Assembly: GCA_949299375.1 (NCBI GenBank)
Contig: CASGAH010000001.1
Coordinates: 4,193-68,192, forward strand
Direction: 5' to 3'
Source of the DNA: an uncultured Eubacteriales bacterium
GTDB taxonomy: Bacteria > Bacillota > Clostridia > Lachnospirales > Lachnospiraceae
DNA length: 64,000 bases
The position numbers and the translations under genes are program-made. How positions within the stretch are numbered: position 1 is the first letter of the stretch; each line of letters starts with the position of its first letter. Shown here in pieces: positions 30,065 through 42,061 of the stretch. Under the pieces are notes generated by a model, which was given only the letters and a program-made list of their open reading frames with translations, was not told where the DNA came from and did no database searches.

Positions 30065-31603
30065 TTATTTTACAATAAGACTTTTTCCTGTCATTTCTTT
30101 TGGCTGTTCCATTCCCATCAGCTCGATCAGCGTCGGAATGATGTCCGCCAGGCATCCGCCTTCCCGCAATTTGCAGGACGGGTCTGCGTTGACAAGAATA
30201 AACGGAACTGGATTGGTCGTGTGCGCAGTAAACGGCGCTCCGGTCTCATAATCCACGAGCTGTTCTGCATTTCCGTGGTCAGCGCAGATGAACATCTGTC
30301 CATCCACTTCCCGGATGGCGGCAACTGCTCTGCCGACACACTCATCCACCGTTTCAATTGCCGCAATGGCAGCCGATTCCACACCGGTATGGCCTACCAT
30401 ATCCGGGTTTGCGAAGTTGATGATGATGACATCATATTTTCCGGAACGAATGGCCTCGCAGAGTCTGTCGCACACTTCATACGCGCTCATCTGCGGCAGC
30501 AAATCATAGGTCGCCACTTTGGGAGAGTTGACAAGAATCCGGTCCTCCCCTTTGTTTGGCGTCTCCACGCCGCCGTTGAAGAAAAATGTGACATGGGCAT
30601 ATTTTTCTGTCTCCGCGATTCTCGCCTGGGTTTTTCCATTTGCGGCCAGATATTCTCCAAATGTGTTGGTAATGGACACTTTGTGGAAGGCGATTTTCTT
30701 ATTCGGAATGGTTGCGTCGTATTCTGTGAAGCATACATACGTCACCTGCGGTCTTGGCCCTCTGTCAAATCCGCTGAAATCGTCGCAGCAAAATACTCTT
30801 GTCATCTCTCTTGCGCGGTCCGGACGGAAGTTGAAGAAGATCACCGAGTCGTTGTCCTGAATGGTTGCAACGGCTTTTCCGTTCTCTGTCACAACCGTCG
30901 GAATGACAAACTCATCGGTCTTTCCCGCTTCATAGGATGCCTGAATGGCGCAGGCGCCGCAGGCTGCCGTTTTTCCTTCTCCATAGCGAAGCGCGCGGTA
31001 TGCCAGCTCAATCCGATCCCAGCGGTTGTCACGGTCCATCGCATAGTATCGTCCCATAACGGAGGCAACTTTTCCGACACCGATCTTTTCGCACTCCGCC
31101 ATAAGTTCCTCCACATATCCTTTTCCGGAAGTCGGAGGCGTATCGCGCCCGTCCAAAAAGCAGTGCAAAAATACTTTGTCCAGTCCCTGCCTTTTGGCAA
31201 ATTCGAGCAGGCCGTAAATGTGTGTATTGTGACTGTGCACGCCGCCGTCAGATACAAGTCCAAACAGGTGAAGGGCGGAATGATTTTTCCTGCAGTTTTC
31301 CGCCGCCTCCAGGAATGCCTCATTTTCAAAGAAGACGCCGTCCTGAATCTCCTTTGTGATGCGGGTCAGTTCCTGGTACACAATGCGGCCGGCTCCCATG
31401 TTCAGATGTCCTACCTCGGAATTTCCCATCTGGCCTTCGGGAAGACCGACTGCCATTCCGCTGGCATTCCCCTTCACAAACGGGCATTCCGCCATCAGCT
31501 GATCCATAACCGGTGTCTTGGCCTGCGCCACGGCATTGCCCTCCGCGTTCGGATTCAAACCATATCCGTCTAAAATCATCAATACTGTTGGTTTCTTACT
31601 CAT
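30065..31603 (-). CDS. gpmI: 2,3-bisphosphoglycerate-independent phosphoglycerate mutase
   Basis: 512-aa ORF (MSKKPTVLMILDGYG..., NSEVGHLN). Confidence 0.95.
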   Translation of the reverse strand: MSKKPTVLMILDGYGLNPNAEGNAVAQAKTPVMDQLMAECPFVKGNASGMAVGLPEGQMGNSEVGHLNMGAGRIVYQELTRITKEIQDGVFFENEAFLEAAENCRKNHSALHLFGLVSDGGVHSHNTHIYGLLEFAKRQGLDKVFLHCFLDGRDTPPTSGKGYVEELMAECEKIGVGKVASVMGRYYAMDRDNRWDRIELAYRALRYGEGKTAACGACAIQASYEAGKTDEFVIPTVVTENGKAVATIQDNDSVIFFNFRPDRAREMTRVFCCDDFSGFDRGPRPQVTYVCFTEYDATIPNKKIAFHKVSITNTFGEYLAANGKTQARIAETEKYAHVTFFFNGGVETPNKGEDRILVNSPKVATYDLLPQMSAYEVCDRLCEAIRSGKYDVIIINFANPDMVGHTGVESAAIAAIETVDECVGRAVAAIREVDGQMFICADHGNAEQLVDYETGAPFTAHTTNPVPFILVNADPSCKLREGGCLADIIPTLIELMGMEQPKEMTGKSLIVK

Positions 31604-31615
31604 CGCTTTTTTCCT

Positions 31616-32365
31616 TTACTTGTTATAATTTACGATTTTTCCGAAATCCGGCTTCAGGGAAGCGCCGCCGACCAGACCTCCATCAATATTGGGCTGTACG
31701 AACAATTCCGGAGCACTGGAGGCGCTTACGCTGCCGCCGTACTGAATCCGGATGGTCTCTGCCGTATCTGCGTCATAAATCTCTGCGATGCACGCACGAA
31801 TTGCAGCGCACACTTCCTCTGCCTGCGCTGTCGTTGCCACTTTTCCGGTTCCGATGGCCCAGATTGGCTCATAGGCGATGACTGCGGATGCAGCCTGCTC
31901 TGCTGTGACATTCTGGAATGCAATCTTGATCTGCATCCGAATCCAGTCCAGCGTGATTCCCTGTTCTCTCTGCTTGAGGGATTCTCCGCAGCAGATGATT
32001 GGTGTCAGTCCGTGCTCAAATGCTTTGAGAATCTTTAAGTTTACGGTCTCGTCTGTCTCCGCGAAATACTCTCTTCTCTCGGAGTGACCGATGATAACAT
32101 ACTTTACGCCTGCATCTGCCAGCATTGCAGGGGAAATCTCTCCCGTATAAGCGCCGCTGTCCTTGAAATACATATTCTCTGCGCCGATCTGGATATTTGT
32201 TCCCTTGGCAGCCTCGATCGCCGGGATAATATCAATTGCAGGCACACAAAATACAACATCCACGTCCTCATTTACAACCAGTGGTTTTAATGTATTGACC
32301 AGTTCCACAGCCTTGCTTGGAGTCATATTCATCTTCCAGTTTCCGGCAATAATCTTCTTACGCAT
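31616..32365 (-). CDS. tpiA: triose-phosphate isomerase
   Basis: 249-aa ORF ([27 protein letters not shown]). Confidence 0.95.
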   Translation of the reverse strand: MRKKIIAGNWKMNMTPSKAVELVNTLKPLVVNEDVDVVFCVPAIDIIPAIEAAKGTNIQIGAENMYFKDSGAYTGEISPAMLADAGVKYVIIGHSERREYFAETDETVNLKILKAFEHGLTPIICCGESLKQREQGITLDWIRMQIKIAFQNVTAEQAASAVIAYEPIWAIGTGKVATTAQAEEVCAAIRACIAEIYDADTAETIRIQYGGSVSASSAPELFVQPNIDGGLVGGASLKPDFGKIVNYNK

Positions 32366-32541
32366 TATGATCTTCCTCTCTTTTCTTCTTCCATTTCACA
32401 ACAACGGATCTCCCGCCGGCAGGGTGTCCATCGGACCGGGAATGATTCCTTCCCCGATCCGATCTCACCCGCTCCTTATCTCTGCGCGGATTTTGTTCTC
32501 CTTTTTTGCCGTCCGGCTCTGCGGTGCGTTTCTCTCGCCGC

Positions 32542-33735
32542 TTATTTGTCGTTGGCAGCAACAACGCCCGGCAGTGCCTTGCCTTCCAGAAATTCCATGG
32601 AAGCGCCGCCGCCTGTGGAGATGTGGGTCATCTTGTCGCCAAATCCAAGCTGGTTAACTGCTGCTGCGGAATCGCCGCCGCCAATGATGGTCGTTCCATC
32701 GATGTGCGCCAGAGCTTCTGCCACAGCCACGGTTCCGGCTGCAAAGTTCGGCATCTCAAATACACCCATCGGTCCGTTCCATACAACTGTCTTTGCGTCT
32801 GCAACTGCGTCTGCAAACAGCTTTCTTGTCTCCGGTCCGATGTCCAGTCCCATCTCATCTGCTTGAATCTCGCCTCTCTTTGCGATTCTGGACGGAGCGT
32901 CATTGTTAAATTCCTTTGCAACAACGGTGTCGATCGGAATCAAAAGCTTCACGCCCTTGTCAGCAGCCTTCTGAACCATCTCTTTGGAATATTCCAGATA
33001 GTCGTCTTCCACAAGAGACGTACCGATCTCTTCTCCTTCTGCCTTCATGAAGGTGTAAGCCATACCGCCGCCGATGATCAGTGTGTCAACCTTATCCAAC
33101 AGGTTGTTGATTACAGAAATCTTCGAGGAAACTTTGGAGCCTCCCAGGATGGCAACAAGCGGACGTACCGGGTTGTTTACCGCATTGCCAAGGAAATCGA
33201 TTTCCTTCTGCATTAAGTATCCAACCACTGCGGTGTCTACAAACTGGGTTACGCCCACATTGGAGCAGTGTGCTCTGTGTGCCGTTCCGAATGCGTCATT
33301 GACAAATACATCGCAAAGAGACGCCAGATCTTTTGAGAACGCCTCCCCATTTTTTGTCTCTTCTTTTCTGTAGCGGGTATTTTCCAGCAAAATAACATCG
33401 CCGTCATTCATCGCCTCTACTGCAGCCCTTGCGTTTGGTCCGACAACTTCCGGATCTGCGGCAAACTTCACTTCCTGTCCGAGAAGTTCCGACAGGCGCA
33501 CTGCAACCGGAGCCAGGGACAGATCCGGCTTTGGCTCTCCCTTCGGCTTTCCAAGGTGGGAGCAAAGAATTACTTTTCCTCCATCGGCAATCAGCTTTCG
33601 AATGGTCGGAAGCGCAGCAACGAGACGATTCTCGTCTGTAATCTTGCCAGCCTGCAGCGGCACGTTAAAATCACAGCGAACGAGGACTCTCAGACCTTTT
33701 ACATTGATATCATCTACAGATTTTTTGTTCAGCAT
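32542..33735 (-). CDS. pgk: phosphoglycerate kinase
   Basis: 397-aa ORF ([23 protein letters not shown]). Confidence 0.95.
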   Translation of the reverse strand: MLNKKSVDDINVKGLRVLVRCDFNVPLQAGKITDENRLVAALPTIRKLIADGGKVILCSHLGKPKGEPKPDLSLAPVAVRLSELLGQEVKFAADPEVVGPNARAAVEAMNDGDVILLENTRYRKEETKNGEAFSKDLASLCDVFVNDAFGTAHRAHCSNVGVTQFVDTAVVGYLMQKEIDFLGNAVNNPVRPLVAILGGSKVSSKISVINNLLDKVDTLIIGGGMAYTFMKAEGEEIGTSLVEDDYLEYSKEMVQKAADKGVKLLIPIDTVVAKEFNNDAPSRIAKRGEIQADEMGLDIGPETRKLFADAVADAKTVVWNGPMGVFEMPNFAAGTVAVAEALAHIDGTTIIGGGDSAAAVNQLGFGDKMTHISTGGGASMEFLEGKALPGVVAANDK

Positions 33736-34007
33736 AATTCTATGTTCCTTTCAAATCTCAAACGTGAACCGCCCATTGTCAAAACCCAATGGGCTTCCTG
33801 CTTCCCGGACCTTAAAATCTACGGTCTCCACAGGCGTTACTTCGGACAGTCCCTGCCCTAAAAAGATCGGCTGATCCGTCCTGCCCGTCGAATGCCTGCT
33901 CGTGCAGGCACGGCAGGCGCCCTCCGGGCGTCTCGTGAAAAAAGAGCCCGGTCCTTCGGACCGGACCCTTGATGAGTCATACTCCTGCAAATATCTCGCT
34001 TAATCCA

Positions 34008-35024
34008 TTAGCCTAATTCAGCGAAATACTTGATTGTTCTAACCATCTGGCTTGTGTAGGAGTTCTCATTGTCATACCAGGAAACAACCTGTACTTCATA
34101 CAGATCGTCTGCAACCTTTGCAACCATTGTCTGTGTTGCATCAAACAGAGAACCATAGCGAATGCCGATGATGTCAGAAGATACCAACGGCTCCTCGGTG
34201 TATCCAAAGGACTCGGAAGAAGCTGCCTTCATTGCTGCGTTGATGCCGTCTACGGTGATGTTCTCGCCCTTTACAACTGCAACAAGGATTGTCGTAGAAC
34301 CGGTCGGTACCGGAACTCTCTGTGCAGAACCGATCAGCTTGCCGTTCAATTCCGGAATAACAAGGCCGATTGCCTTTGCTGCTCCAGTGGAGTTCGGAAC
34401 GATGTTCACTGCTGCTGCACGAGCTCTTCTCAGGTCACCCTTTCTGTGCGGTCCGTCCAATACCATCTGGTCGCCGGTGAACGCATGGATGGTGCTCATG
34501 ATACCAGCCTGAATCGGAGCAAAGTCGTTCAATGCCTTTGCCATAGGAGCCAGACAGTTTGTTGTACAGGAAGCTGCGGAGATAATGGTGTCTTCCGGAG
34601 ACAGTGTCTCATGGTTTACACTGTAAACGATGGTCTTCAGGTCGTTGCCGGCCGGAGCGGAGATTACAACCTTCTTTGCACCTGCATCAATGTGAGCCTG
34701 AGATTTTGCCTTGGAGGTGTAGAAACCGGTACACTCCAGAACAACGTCAACGCCAAGCTCTCCCCACGGAAGATCTGCTGCATTCTTTTCTGCATAGATG
34801 GTGATCTCATGACCATCTACTACGATGGAGTTTTCCTTTGCTACAACGGTATCGGCCAGTGCATAGCGTCCCTGAGCAGAATCATATTTTAACAGATGAG
34901 CCAGCATCTTCGGGCTTGTCAGGTCGTTGATTGCAACGATTTCATATCCTTCTGCGCCAAACATCTGTCTGAAAGCCAGACGACCAATACGGCCAAAACC
35001 ATTAATTGCCACTTTTACTGCCAT
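34008..35024 (-). CDS. gap: type I glyceraldehyde-3-phosphate dehydrogenase
   Basis: ORF 34008..35066. The conserved start [15 protein letters not shown] is at 35024. Active site SCTTNC. Confidence 0.95.
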   Translation of the reverse strand: MAVKVAINGFGRIGRLAFRQMFGAEGYEIVAINDLTSPKMLAHLLKYDSAQGRYALADTVVAKENSIVVDGHEITIYAEKNAADLPWGELGVDVVLECTGFYTSKAKSQAHIDAGAKKVVISAPAGNDLKTIVYSVNHETLSPEDTIISAASCTTNCLAPMAKALNDFAPIQAGIMSTIHAFTGDQMVLDGPHRKGDLRRARAAAVNIVPNSTGAAKAIGLVIPELNGKLIGSAQRVPVPTGSTTILVAVVKGENITVDGINAAMKAASSESFGYTEEPLVSSDIIGIRYGSLFDATQTMVAKVADDLYEVQVVSWYDNENSYTSQMVRTIKYFAELG

Positions 35025-35433
35025 GATAAAGTTCCTCCTAAATAGAATAAAATATCTTAACTGCAAAATCTCGCGGCTGCAAGATCACAGACGCTCGAAT
35101 CCGCAGCTATGGTCATGGTTGCACTTCAATCACAAATGAACCTGTCTTTATTTTACCTTTTTTATCAAGAAAAGGCAAGCATTTTCCTCTATGTTTTTTT
35201 GTTTTTTTCAAAATTTAGAGACCATCTCTTTTCTTTCCCACCCTCTCCTGACGGTTCTTTTTGATTTCTGTTTTCGCAGTACGTTTCCGTAACAAGTCTG
35301 TGCAGTTTTTCGGCTTTCTATTCCTGCTCAGACGCAGAATGCGCAGTCCCAAAGACAGCATTGACTTTTTCCCAAAACAGCTTTATTCTTATGGAAGAAA
35401 GATTTCTTGCCGACTGGCTCACAGGAGGATGTT

Positions 35434-36882
35434 ATGGATACCGATTTGCAAAAGAGTTCCGAGCAGCTGCTTCGCTATTGCGACACACTTCAAAAGAAAT
35501 ATGGCATTTACCAGGGTCAGGAGATTTCCCTGAGAGACTGCATGAAACTGGAGTGGCTTTTTTATCTGTTGTACCTGGCATGTGACGGGCGAAAGCTGAA
35601 CTGGTATGAATACCGTTTTCTGACCGAAAAACTCGGCTTTTCCCAGGCAAAGGAACAGATGGACCAGCTCTATTATGAACGGCAGCTCGGTTCGGTTTTG
35701 TTTGCCTCAAAAATCCCCCGATCGCTCCAGGAATTTGTCCGCATGGATCTGATTCATCAGGGAAACGGAAAGGTTTCGTCCTACGGACAGTCTCTTGTCA
35801 ATTTTTATAAGAAAATCGGCGAGCGCTTCATCGCCTGCGACAGCCATGTGGATGTCGGCGAGCTAAAGCGCCATTCGGAATATATCAAAAATCTGCAGAC
35901 ATATCTTTCCCGGCAAAATGTTGCCCGGAAAAAGAAGGCCTCCTCTTCCGATGACGCCGCTTCCCCGGAAAAGGGCAGTCTCTCCCAGGCATCGCCGGAG
36001 GCAAGCGGGAAAATAGAAACGGCCAAACCGGATTTTGAGGCGGTAGACCAGCTTGTGGAGGAGCTCAACAATCTCATCGGCCTGGAAAATGTCAAGGAGG
36101 AAATCAGCAGCCTCATCAATCTCGCAAAGATCCAGCAGCTTCGCAAAGAGCGCGGGATGCCCAATACTGAACTTTCCCTGCACATGGTTTTTTCCGGAAA
36201 TCCCGGCACCGGCAAGACGACGGTTGCACGTATGCTCTCCCGAATCTACTATGAGCTCGGTCTCTTGTCCAAAGGTCATCTGGTGGAAGCGGAGCGCTCC
36301 AGCCTTGTCGGCGGGTATGTCGGGCAGACGGCGCTCAAGACAAAAGAAGTCATTGAATCCGCCTACGGGGGAATTTTGTTCGTCGACGAGGCGTATACGC
36401 TCACTTCCGGAAAAGGCAATGCGGATTTCGGGCAGGAGGCAGTGGATACGCTGCTCAAGCTGATGGAGGACAACCGGGATAAGCTTGTCGTCATAGTCGC
36501 CGGTTACACCGAGCTGATGAAAGAGTTTCTGGCATCCAACCCGGGACTAAAATCCCGCTTTAACAAATTCATTGAATTTCCGGACTATCAGCCGGAGGAG
36601 CTGACCCGGATTTATGAGCTTCGCTGTACACAAAACCAATTCTCTCTCACGGAGGCTGCCCGCGAAAAGATCAAGTCTTACTTTACGCGAAGGTGCCAGG
36701 AGAAGGAGGAGAATTTTGCAAACGCCAGAGAGGCGCGCAACCTTTTTGAGCGAACGATCACGGCACAGGCCAATCGGCTGGCAGGGCTAAAGGAAGTGAC
36801 CGACGCGCAGCTTGTCTCCATTGAGGCGGACGACGTCGATACCGATTCCCTCCATCCGGTTCGAAGGGAGGGATTGTCTTGA
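35434..36882 (+). CDS. AAA+ ATPase of the CbbX/SpoVK type (stage V sporulation protein K-like)
   Basis: ORF 35407..36882. AGGAGG RBS before MDTDLQ (35434). Walker A (GNPGTGKTT), Walker B (ILFVDEAY). Confidence 0.75.
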   Translation: MDTDLQKSSEQLLRYCDTLQKKYGIYQGQEISLRDCMKLEWLFYLLYLACDGRKLNWYEYRFLTEKLGFSQAKEQMDQLYYERQLGSVLFASKIPRSLQEFVRMDLIHQGNGKVSSYGQSLVNFYKKIGERFIACDSHVDVGELKRHSEYIKNLQTYLSRQNVARKKKASSSDDAASPEKGSLSQASPEASGKIETAKPDFEAVDQLVEELNNLIGLENVKEEISSLINLAKIQQLRKERGMPNTELSLHMVFSGNPGTGKTTVARMLSRIYYELGLLSKGHLVEAERSSLVGGYVGQTALKTKEVIESAYGGILFVDEAYTLTSGKGNADFGQEAVDTLLKLMEDNRDKLVVIVAGYTELMKEFLASNPGLKSRFNKFIEFPDYQPEELTRIYELRCTQNQFSLTEAAREKIKSYFTRRCQEKEENFANAREARNLFERTITAQANRLAGLKEVTDAQLVSIEADDVDTDSLHPVRREGLS

Positions 36883-37682
36883 TTCTGGCCGACTTCCACA
36901 CACACTCCTGTTTTTCCGGGGACAGCAGCGCTTCCCCTCGGCAGCAGATCCAGGCCGCCATTGACGCCGGGCTGCGCCATTTGTGCTTTACCGACCACCA
37001 GGATCCCGATTATACCGACGGGGAGATTCCGTTTGTCTTTGATACGGAAGCATACTTTCAGACGATGCGCCCGCTTAAGCAGCAATATCGCGGCCAGATC
37101 GACCTTTCCATCGGCGTGGAGCTTGGACTGCAGCCCCATCTTTCCAAAACGCTCCCGGAATACGCGGCCTCCTACCCCTTTGACTATATCATCGGCTCCA
37201 CCCATGTCGTGGACGGGCTGGATCCGTATTATCCGCGCTACTGGCAGCAGCACAGCGGCGAGGAAGGCATTTTGCGATATTATGAGTGGACACTGAAAAA
37301 TGTTCAGACCTTTGACTGTTTCGACTGCTATGGACATCTGGACTATATCGTTCGCTACGCGCCCGGGCAGCGCCAGTCCTACTCCTGGCGCCGGTATGCG
37401 GATCTTGTGGATGAAATTTTAAAGACACTCATCCAGCGCGGGAAAGGCATCGAGTGCAACACCGCCGGTTTTGCCCACGGACTTGGCCATCCAAACCCGG
37501 AGGAATCCATCCTCCGGCGCTACATGGAACTCGGAGGGGAGCTGCTTACGATCGGCTCCGACGGACACACGCCAGAGCGCATCGCCTTCGGGTTTGATCG
37601 GCTGCCCGATCTTTTAAAACGCTGCGGGGTTCGCTATTATACCGTCTTCACCAACCGGACGCCGCAATGGATCCCGCTCTGA
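36879..37682 (+). CDS. PHP-family histidinol-phosphatase-like protein
   Basis: 267-aa ORF with a TTG start overlapping the upstream stop by 4 nt. N-terminal ADFHTHSCFSGD metal-binding motif. Confidence 0.75.
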   Translation: MILADFHTHSCFSGDSSASPRQQIQAAIDAGLRHLCFTDHQDPDYTDGEIPFVFDTEAYFQTMRPLKQQYRGQIDLSIGVELGLQPHLSKTLPEYAASYPFDYIIGSTHVVDGLDPYYPRYWQQHSGEEGILRYYEWTLKNVQTFDCFDCYGHLDYIVRYAPGQRQSYSWRRYADLVDEILKTLIQRGKGIECNTAGFAHGLGHPNPEESILRRYMELGGELLTIGSDGHTPERIAFGFDRLPDLLKRCGVRYYTVFTNRTPQWIPL

Positions 37683-37815
37683 TGCGACCGATTTGTTCTT
37701 TTTCCGCCTTGACAAACCGGCCCGCCTCTCCTACAATAAAATCCCGCGCAAATGCTGACCCGAATCGCGTCGGCTTTGCGCAGGCTGTTTCACCCTCGAT
37801 GTCTGGAGGCGATTT

Positions 37816-38271
37816 ATGAAATCATTTGTATGGCTGTTTGTTTTTTTGATCTTTCTCCTGTTTGAGGCGGTAATTCCGGGCTTCTTTCTCATCTGGTTTG
37901 CAGCGGGAGCCCTGGCCGCATATCTGGCCTCTCTCGCCGGCGCATCGCTTGTCCTCCAGTGCTGCGTCTTTTTTCTGACGTCCGCCGCTGTCTTTTTCCT
38001 CTTCCGTCCTTTGACGCGAAAGTTAAGTCAAATCCCTGCGGTTAAAACGAACGTGGAGAGCTTCATCGGAATGACCGTCCGCGTTGTGCAGACGATCCAC
38101 AATGAGGAGGAGACCGGAATGGTTGTGTTAAACGGCTTAGAGTGGACGGCGCGCAGCGCGCAGGAACAAGTCGTAATCCCGGAAGGTTCTTATGGAATTG
38201 TGCGGGAAATCTGCGGGGTAAAGCTGATCATTGAGCAGATGACGGAAGAGGATCTGCCGGATTTCAGTTGA
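37816..38271 (+). CDS. NfeD-family membrane protein
   Basis: 151-aa ORF with N-terminal TM helices and a C-terminal OB-like soluble domain (GMVVLNGLEWTARS). Confidence 0.7.
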   Translation: MKSFVWLFVFLIFLLFEAVIPGFFLIWFAAGALAAYLASLAGASLVLQCCVFFLTSAAVFFLFRPLTRKLSQIPAVKTNVESFIGMTVRVVQTIHNEEETGMVVLNGLEWTARSAQEQVVIPEGSYGIVREICGVKLIIEQMTEEDLPDFS

Positions 38272-38316
38272 AATGGCTTTCAATTGAAATGACTACAGGG
38301 AGGAGAATGAATCAAA

Positions 38317-39561
38317 ATGGAAATGAAATGGGACACGACGAAAAAATATGGCCTCGTTTTGGAAGGCGGTGGAGCGAAAGGCGCGTACCAGATCGGAGCC
38401 TGGAAGGCTTTGCGGGAAGCCGGGATCCGCTTCTGCGCGGTGTCCGGCGTCTCCGTGGGCGCACTCAACGGCGCGATGGTTGTGATGGATGACATTGACC
38501 GCGCCGTTCAAATCTGGGAGAACATCCGCTATTCTCATGTCATGGATGTCGACGACCAGAAGATGAAAGAAGTGTTTCGGGGGACGTTTTCCAAAGAGAC
38601 GCTGCGGAGTCTGCTCCGGGCTGGATTTCGCGTCCTCACAGAAAAGGGATTTGATGTGACGCCTCTGCGGAATCTGATTGCCAAAGCCGCCGACGAGGAG
38701 AAAATTCGCAGTTCTGACATTGCGTTCTATCTGATCACGTACTCTATCACCGACCATCAGCTTCTGGATCTGGACATTCGGGATGTGGAGGAGGGGCTGA
38801 TCGGAGATATGCTTTTGGCAAGCGCCTATTTCCCCGCCTTTCGAAATGAAAAGCTCCACGGAAAGCGCTACACCGACGGCGGGGGATGGAATGTCGTTCC
38901 GCTTGACTCCCTTGTGAAACGGGGATACCAGGATATCATCGTCATCCGCATTTACGGCATCGGAGTGGAACGAAAGGTTGAAATTCCAGCGGGCGTTCAC
39001 GTCCTGGAAATCGCACCCCAAAAGAACCTCGGAAGTGTCCTTGATTTTGACGCGCAGCGCAGCAAGCGGAATATGGTTCTTGGATACTACGATGCCAAAA
39101 AAGCGCTCTACGGTCTTCTCGGAAAAACATACTATATCGATTCGCTTTTGAACGAACAGCAGTGCTATGAGAAACTGATGGAACTTGTCCAGGCTGCATG
39201 GAGGCGGGAGGAAGGGCAGGAAGTGTCCCTGAGAAGCCTCCACAAAGACGTCTTCCCCCGGATTGCAAGATCGTGCGGATGCAAAGGGGACTGGGACTAC
39301 CGGACGCTCTACATTGCCCTTTTGGAGCGAATGGCAGATTTTTGCCGGATTGACCCGTATCAGATCGTGACAGAAGAAAGCCTGTACCAGAAAATAGTGG
39401 AGGTTGGAAATCAGATGAGCCGGGCGCCCTGGGAAATGGAGGAGACAGAAAAGCGAATCCGCGGCTGGGCCTGGCTCTGGCCGTGCGGCGCAAACGCATC
39501 CACTTCGTCCGATGTCTCAGACGAGGCCGCCTGCCATCTGCCCGCAAATCCGGGGGTATGA
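38317..39561 (+). CDS. patatin-like phospholipase family protein
   Basis: 414-aa ORF with an oxyanion GGGAKG and GxSxG (SGVSVGA) near the N-terminus. A DGG motif follows later (YTDGGGWN). Confidence 0.8.
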   Translation: MEMKWDTTKKYGLVLEGGGAKGAYQIGAWKALREAGIRFCAVSGVSVGALNGAMVVMDDIDRAVQIWENIRYSHVMDVDDQKMKEVFRGTFSKETLRSLLRAGFRVLTEKGFDVTPLRNLIAKAADEEKIRSSDIAFYLITYSITDHQLLDLDIRDVEEGLIGDMLLASAYFPAFRNEKLHGKRYTDGGGWNVVPLDSLVKRGYQDIIVIRIYGIGVERKVEIPAGVHVLEIAPQKNLGSVLDFDAQRSKRNMVLGYYDAKKALYGLLGKTYYIDSLLNEQQCYEKLMELVQAAWRREEGQEVSLRSLHKDVFPRIARSCGCKGDWDYRTLYIALLERMADFCRIDPYQIVTEESLYQKIVEVGNQMSRAPWEMEETEKRIRGWAWLWPCGANASTSSDVSDEAACHLPANPGV

Positions 39562-39586
39562 CAGGCAAACCGGGACAAGGCGTGTG

Positions 39587-40522
39587 TCAGGAAATGATCG
39601 TTCCGGTCTTTCCGAGAATTCCGCCCAGCGCTTTGTCAATGGAAGTGATGATTGCCGTGCGCCCTTTTCCGTTGGAGACAAAGTTCACGGCAGCGGCAAG
39701 TTTTGGCATTCCGCCCGACTGGGACAGACCGCCCCGGTCTAAAATATCGAGCGCCTGAGAAAGCGACAGCTTCTCAAGCATCGCTTCCTGCTCGGTGTCC
39801 TCATACAGGAAAATATGCTCACGCGCCGACAAAAACAGCAGTATCTCGGCATCCAGCTCGTCTGCCATTTTGGCTGCGGTGGCGTCTTTCTCGATGACAG
39901 CGCTGGCTCCCTTTAAGCGGGTTCCCTGCTCCAGAACCGGAATTCCGCCTCCGCCTCCCGCAATGACAACGTGTCCGGCGTCAGAGAGGGCGCGGATGGA
40001 ATCAATTTCATAGACTTCGATGGGGGAGGGGGAAGCGATGATGCGGCACCATCCCCCATTTGTTTCCACCACATAGTTGCCTTTCTCGACCTCAGCATCC
40101 GCCTCTTCCTTCGTCATCAGACGTCCGATCGTCTTGATGGGGTGATTGAAGGCGCGGTCAAACGGATCTACCTTCACCTGAGTAATAATGGTGCAGACCG
40201 GTTTGTAGATTCCCCGGTTCAGCAATTCTGTGCGGATTGCATTCTGAAGATCAAATCCCATAAATCCCTGGCTCATGGCACTGCACACAGACATCGGGGA
40301 GGCGGTAAATCCTTCCTGCCTGTGGTTGACCGCAAACTCATTCATCGCCGTATGAATCATTCCTACCTGAGGACCGTTGCTGTGGGTCAGAACAACCTGG
40401 TATTTGGCTTCCACAAGATCTGCAATCGCCTTTGCAGCTGCGGTCACACCCTTTTTCTGCTCCGGAAGGTTCGTTCCAAAGGAAGTACGGCCGATGGCAA
40501 CAACAATACGTCTCTGCTTCAT
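39587..40522 (-). CDS. arcC: carbamate kinase
   Basis: ORF 39587..40639. Start at MKQRRIVVAIG (40522). HSNGPQVG motif. About 311 aa. Confidence 0.85.
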   Translation of the reverse strand: MKQRRIVVAIGRTSFGTNLPEQKKGVTAAAKAIADLVEAKYQVVLTHSNGPQVGMIHTAMNEFAVNHRQEGFTASPMSVCSAMSQGFMGFDLQNAIRTELLNRGIYKPVCTIITQVKVDPFDRAFNHPIKTIGRLMTKEEADAEVEKGNYVVETNGGWCRIIASPSPIEVYEIDSIRALSDAGHVVIAGGGGGIPVLEQGTRLKGASAVIEKDATAAKMADELDAEILLFLSAREHIFLYEDTEQEAMLEKLSLSQALDILDRGGLSQSGGMPKLAAAVNFVSNGKGRTAIITSIDKALGGILGKTGTIIS

Positions 40523-40880
40523 AGATAACATCCTTTCGTTTTGGGCAGGCTCCTGGCCTACGGTCTCATTGACGTTCCGTATCCTGGCACAGAAAACGGT
40601 TTCGCTCTGCAAGACGGAGGGAGGAGCCTTGTAAATCATGCTTCTTTATGTTATGATGTGGAGGGCAAACATCTGTTTCCCTCCAGATCTCACGGATTTC
40701 TTCGTGCAAAAGCACTCCCGCATTCCGCAGCGCCGTTTTGCTGTCCTGCGGGTTTCAAAAGTCATCTATATTATATCAGCTTCCGCATGGCCGTGCAAGG
40801 TGATTCCGGGAAAAATATTTCGGTCATCTTCTGCCGCCAGGCGGCCGCGTCAAACCGTACCAGAGGAAAGGAATGGATTC

Positions 40881-41948
40881 ATGAAGAAAAAAATCGTTGT
40901 CGGAATGTCCGGGGGAGTGGATTCCTCGGTTGCGGCATATTTGCTGAAGGAACAGGGGTATGATGTCATCGGCATAACGATGCGAACCCACCCAGAGCAG
41001 GACTCCGTGCAGGAACGTCTCTTTTCCCGCACCGTGGAGGACGCGCAGAGAGTGGCAAGCACGCTTGGCATCCCCTATGACATCGTCGATTTTCAGGCGG
41101 AGTTTCAGCGGCATGTCGTCGATTATTTTGCAGCGGAATATCTCCAGGGCAAGACGCCAAACCCATGCGTTATGTGCAACCGGTTTGTAAAATGGGAGGC
41201 ACTCTTAAAAAAGGCATTCTCCCTCGGTGCGGAGGGCATCGCGACCGGACACTACGCCCGCATCTGCCGTCTGGAAAACGGAAGATATACCCTCCGCAAG
41301 TCCGCCTCCGACGCCAAAGATCAAACCTATGCGCTCTACAACCTCACGCAGTTTCAGCTGAGCCATACGCAAATGCCGGTCGGAGCGTATCCCAAGGAAG
41401 AGATCCGCAAAATCGCAAGACAGATCGATGTGCGGGTGTCCGAAAAACAGGACAGCCAGGAAATTTGTTTTATCCCCGACAACGACTACCCGCGCTTCAT
41501 CCGGCAGATGGCGGGCGAGCGTGTACCCGGCGCCGGGAATTTCGTCACCCAGGACGGGGAAGTCGTCGGAAGGCATCGGGGAATCATCCACTACACCATC
41601 GGGCAGAGAAAGGGGCTGAATCTTTCGATGGGGCACCCCGTATTCGTCACAGAAATCCGCCCCGAGACAAATGAAGTTGTCATCGGAGAGAGCGAAGATG
41701 TGTTTCAGAGCAGCCTCGTGTGCGACCGGTTAAACGTCATGGCAATTCCCTCCCTGGACCGCCCCATGCGGCTGTATGCCAAAGTGCGCTACGCGCACAA
41801 AGGCGCGCCTTGCCTCGTCACCCCCCTTGAGGGCGGACGGGCCAGCGTTGTCTTTGACCGTCCGCAGCGCGCCATCACGCCCGGACAGGCCGTTGTCTTT
41901 TATGAGGGGGAGTGTGTTGTCGGCGGAGGAACCATCTGCTCTGTCTGA
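40881..41948 (+). CDS. mnmA: tRNA 2-thiouridine(34) synthase
   Basis: ORF 40638..41948. The conserved start MKKKIVVGMSGGVDSSVAAYLL is at 40881. Confidence 0.9.
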   Translation: MKKKIVVGMSGGVDSSVAAYLLKEQGYDVIGITMRTHPEQDSVQERLFSRTVEDAQRVASTLGIPYDIVDFQAEFQRHVVDYFAAEYLQGKTPNPCVMCNRFVKWEALLKKAFSLGAEGIATGHYARICRLENGRYTLRKSASDAKDQTYALYNLTQFQLSHTQMPVGAYPKEEIRKIARQIDVRVSEKQDSQEICFIPDNDYPRFIRQMAGERVPGAGNFVTQDGEVVGRHRGIIHYTIGQRKGLNLSMGHPVFVTEIRPETNEVVIGESEDVFQSSLVCDRLNVMAIPSLDRPMRLYAKVRYAHKGAPCLVTPLEGGRASVVFDRPQRAITPGQAVVFYEGECVVGGGTICSV

Positions 41949-42061
41949 AAACACGCAAACGCCCTTCCAGCCAGAAACGGACCGGAGAAAATTTCTTCCC
42001 CGATCCGTTTTGTTTTGATTCGCTTTGATTCGTCTCTATTCTTTTTTGCTCTTCCGCCCGA

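Noticed and set aside
37816-39561. NfeD plus patatin-like phospholipase as a phage-defence (CBASS-like) module
   Set aside because: There is no cyclase/nucleotidyltransferase, sensor or other defence partner nearby. The flanking genes are housekeeping. Patatin alone is not diagnostic.
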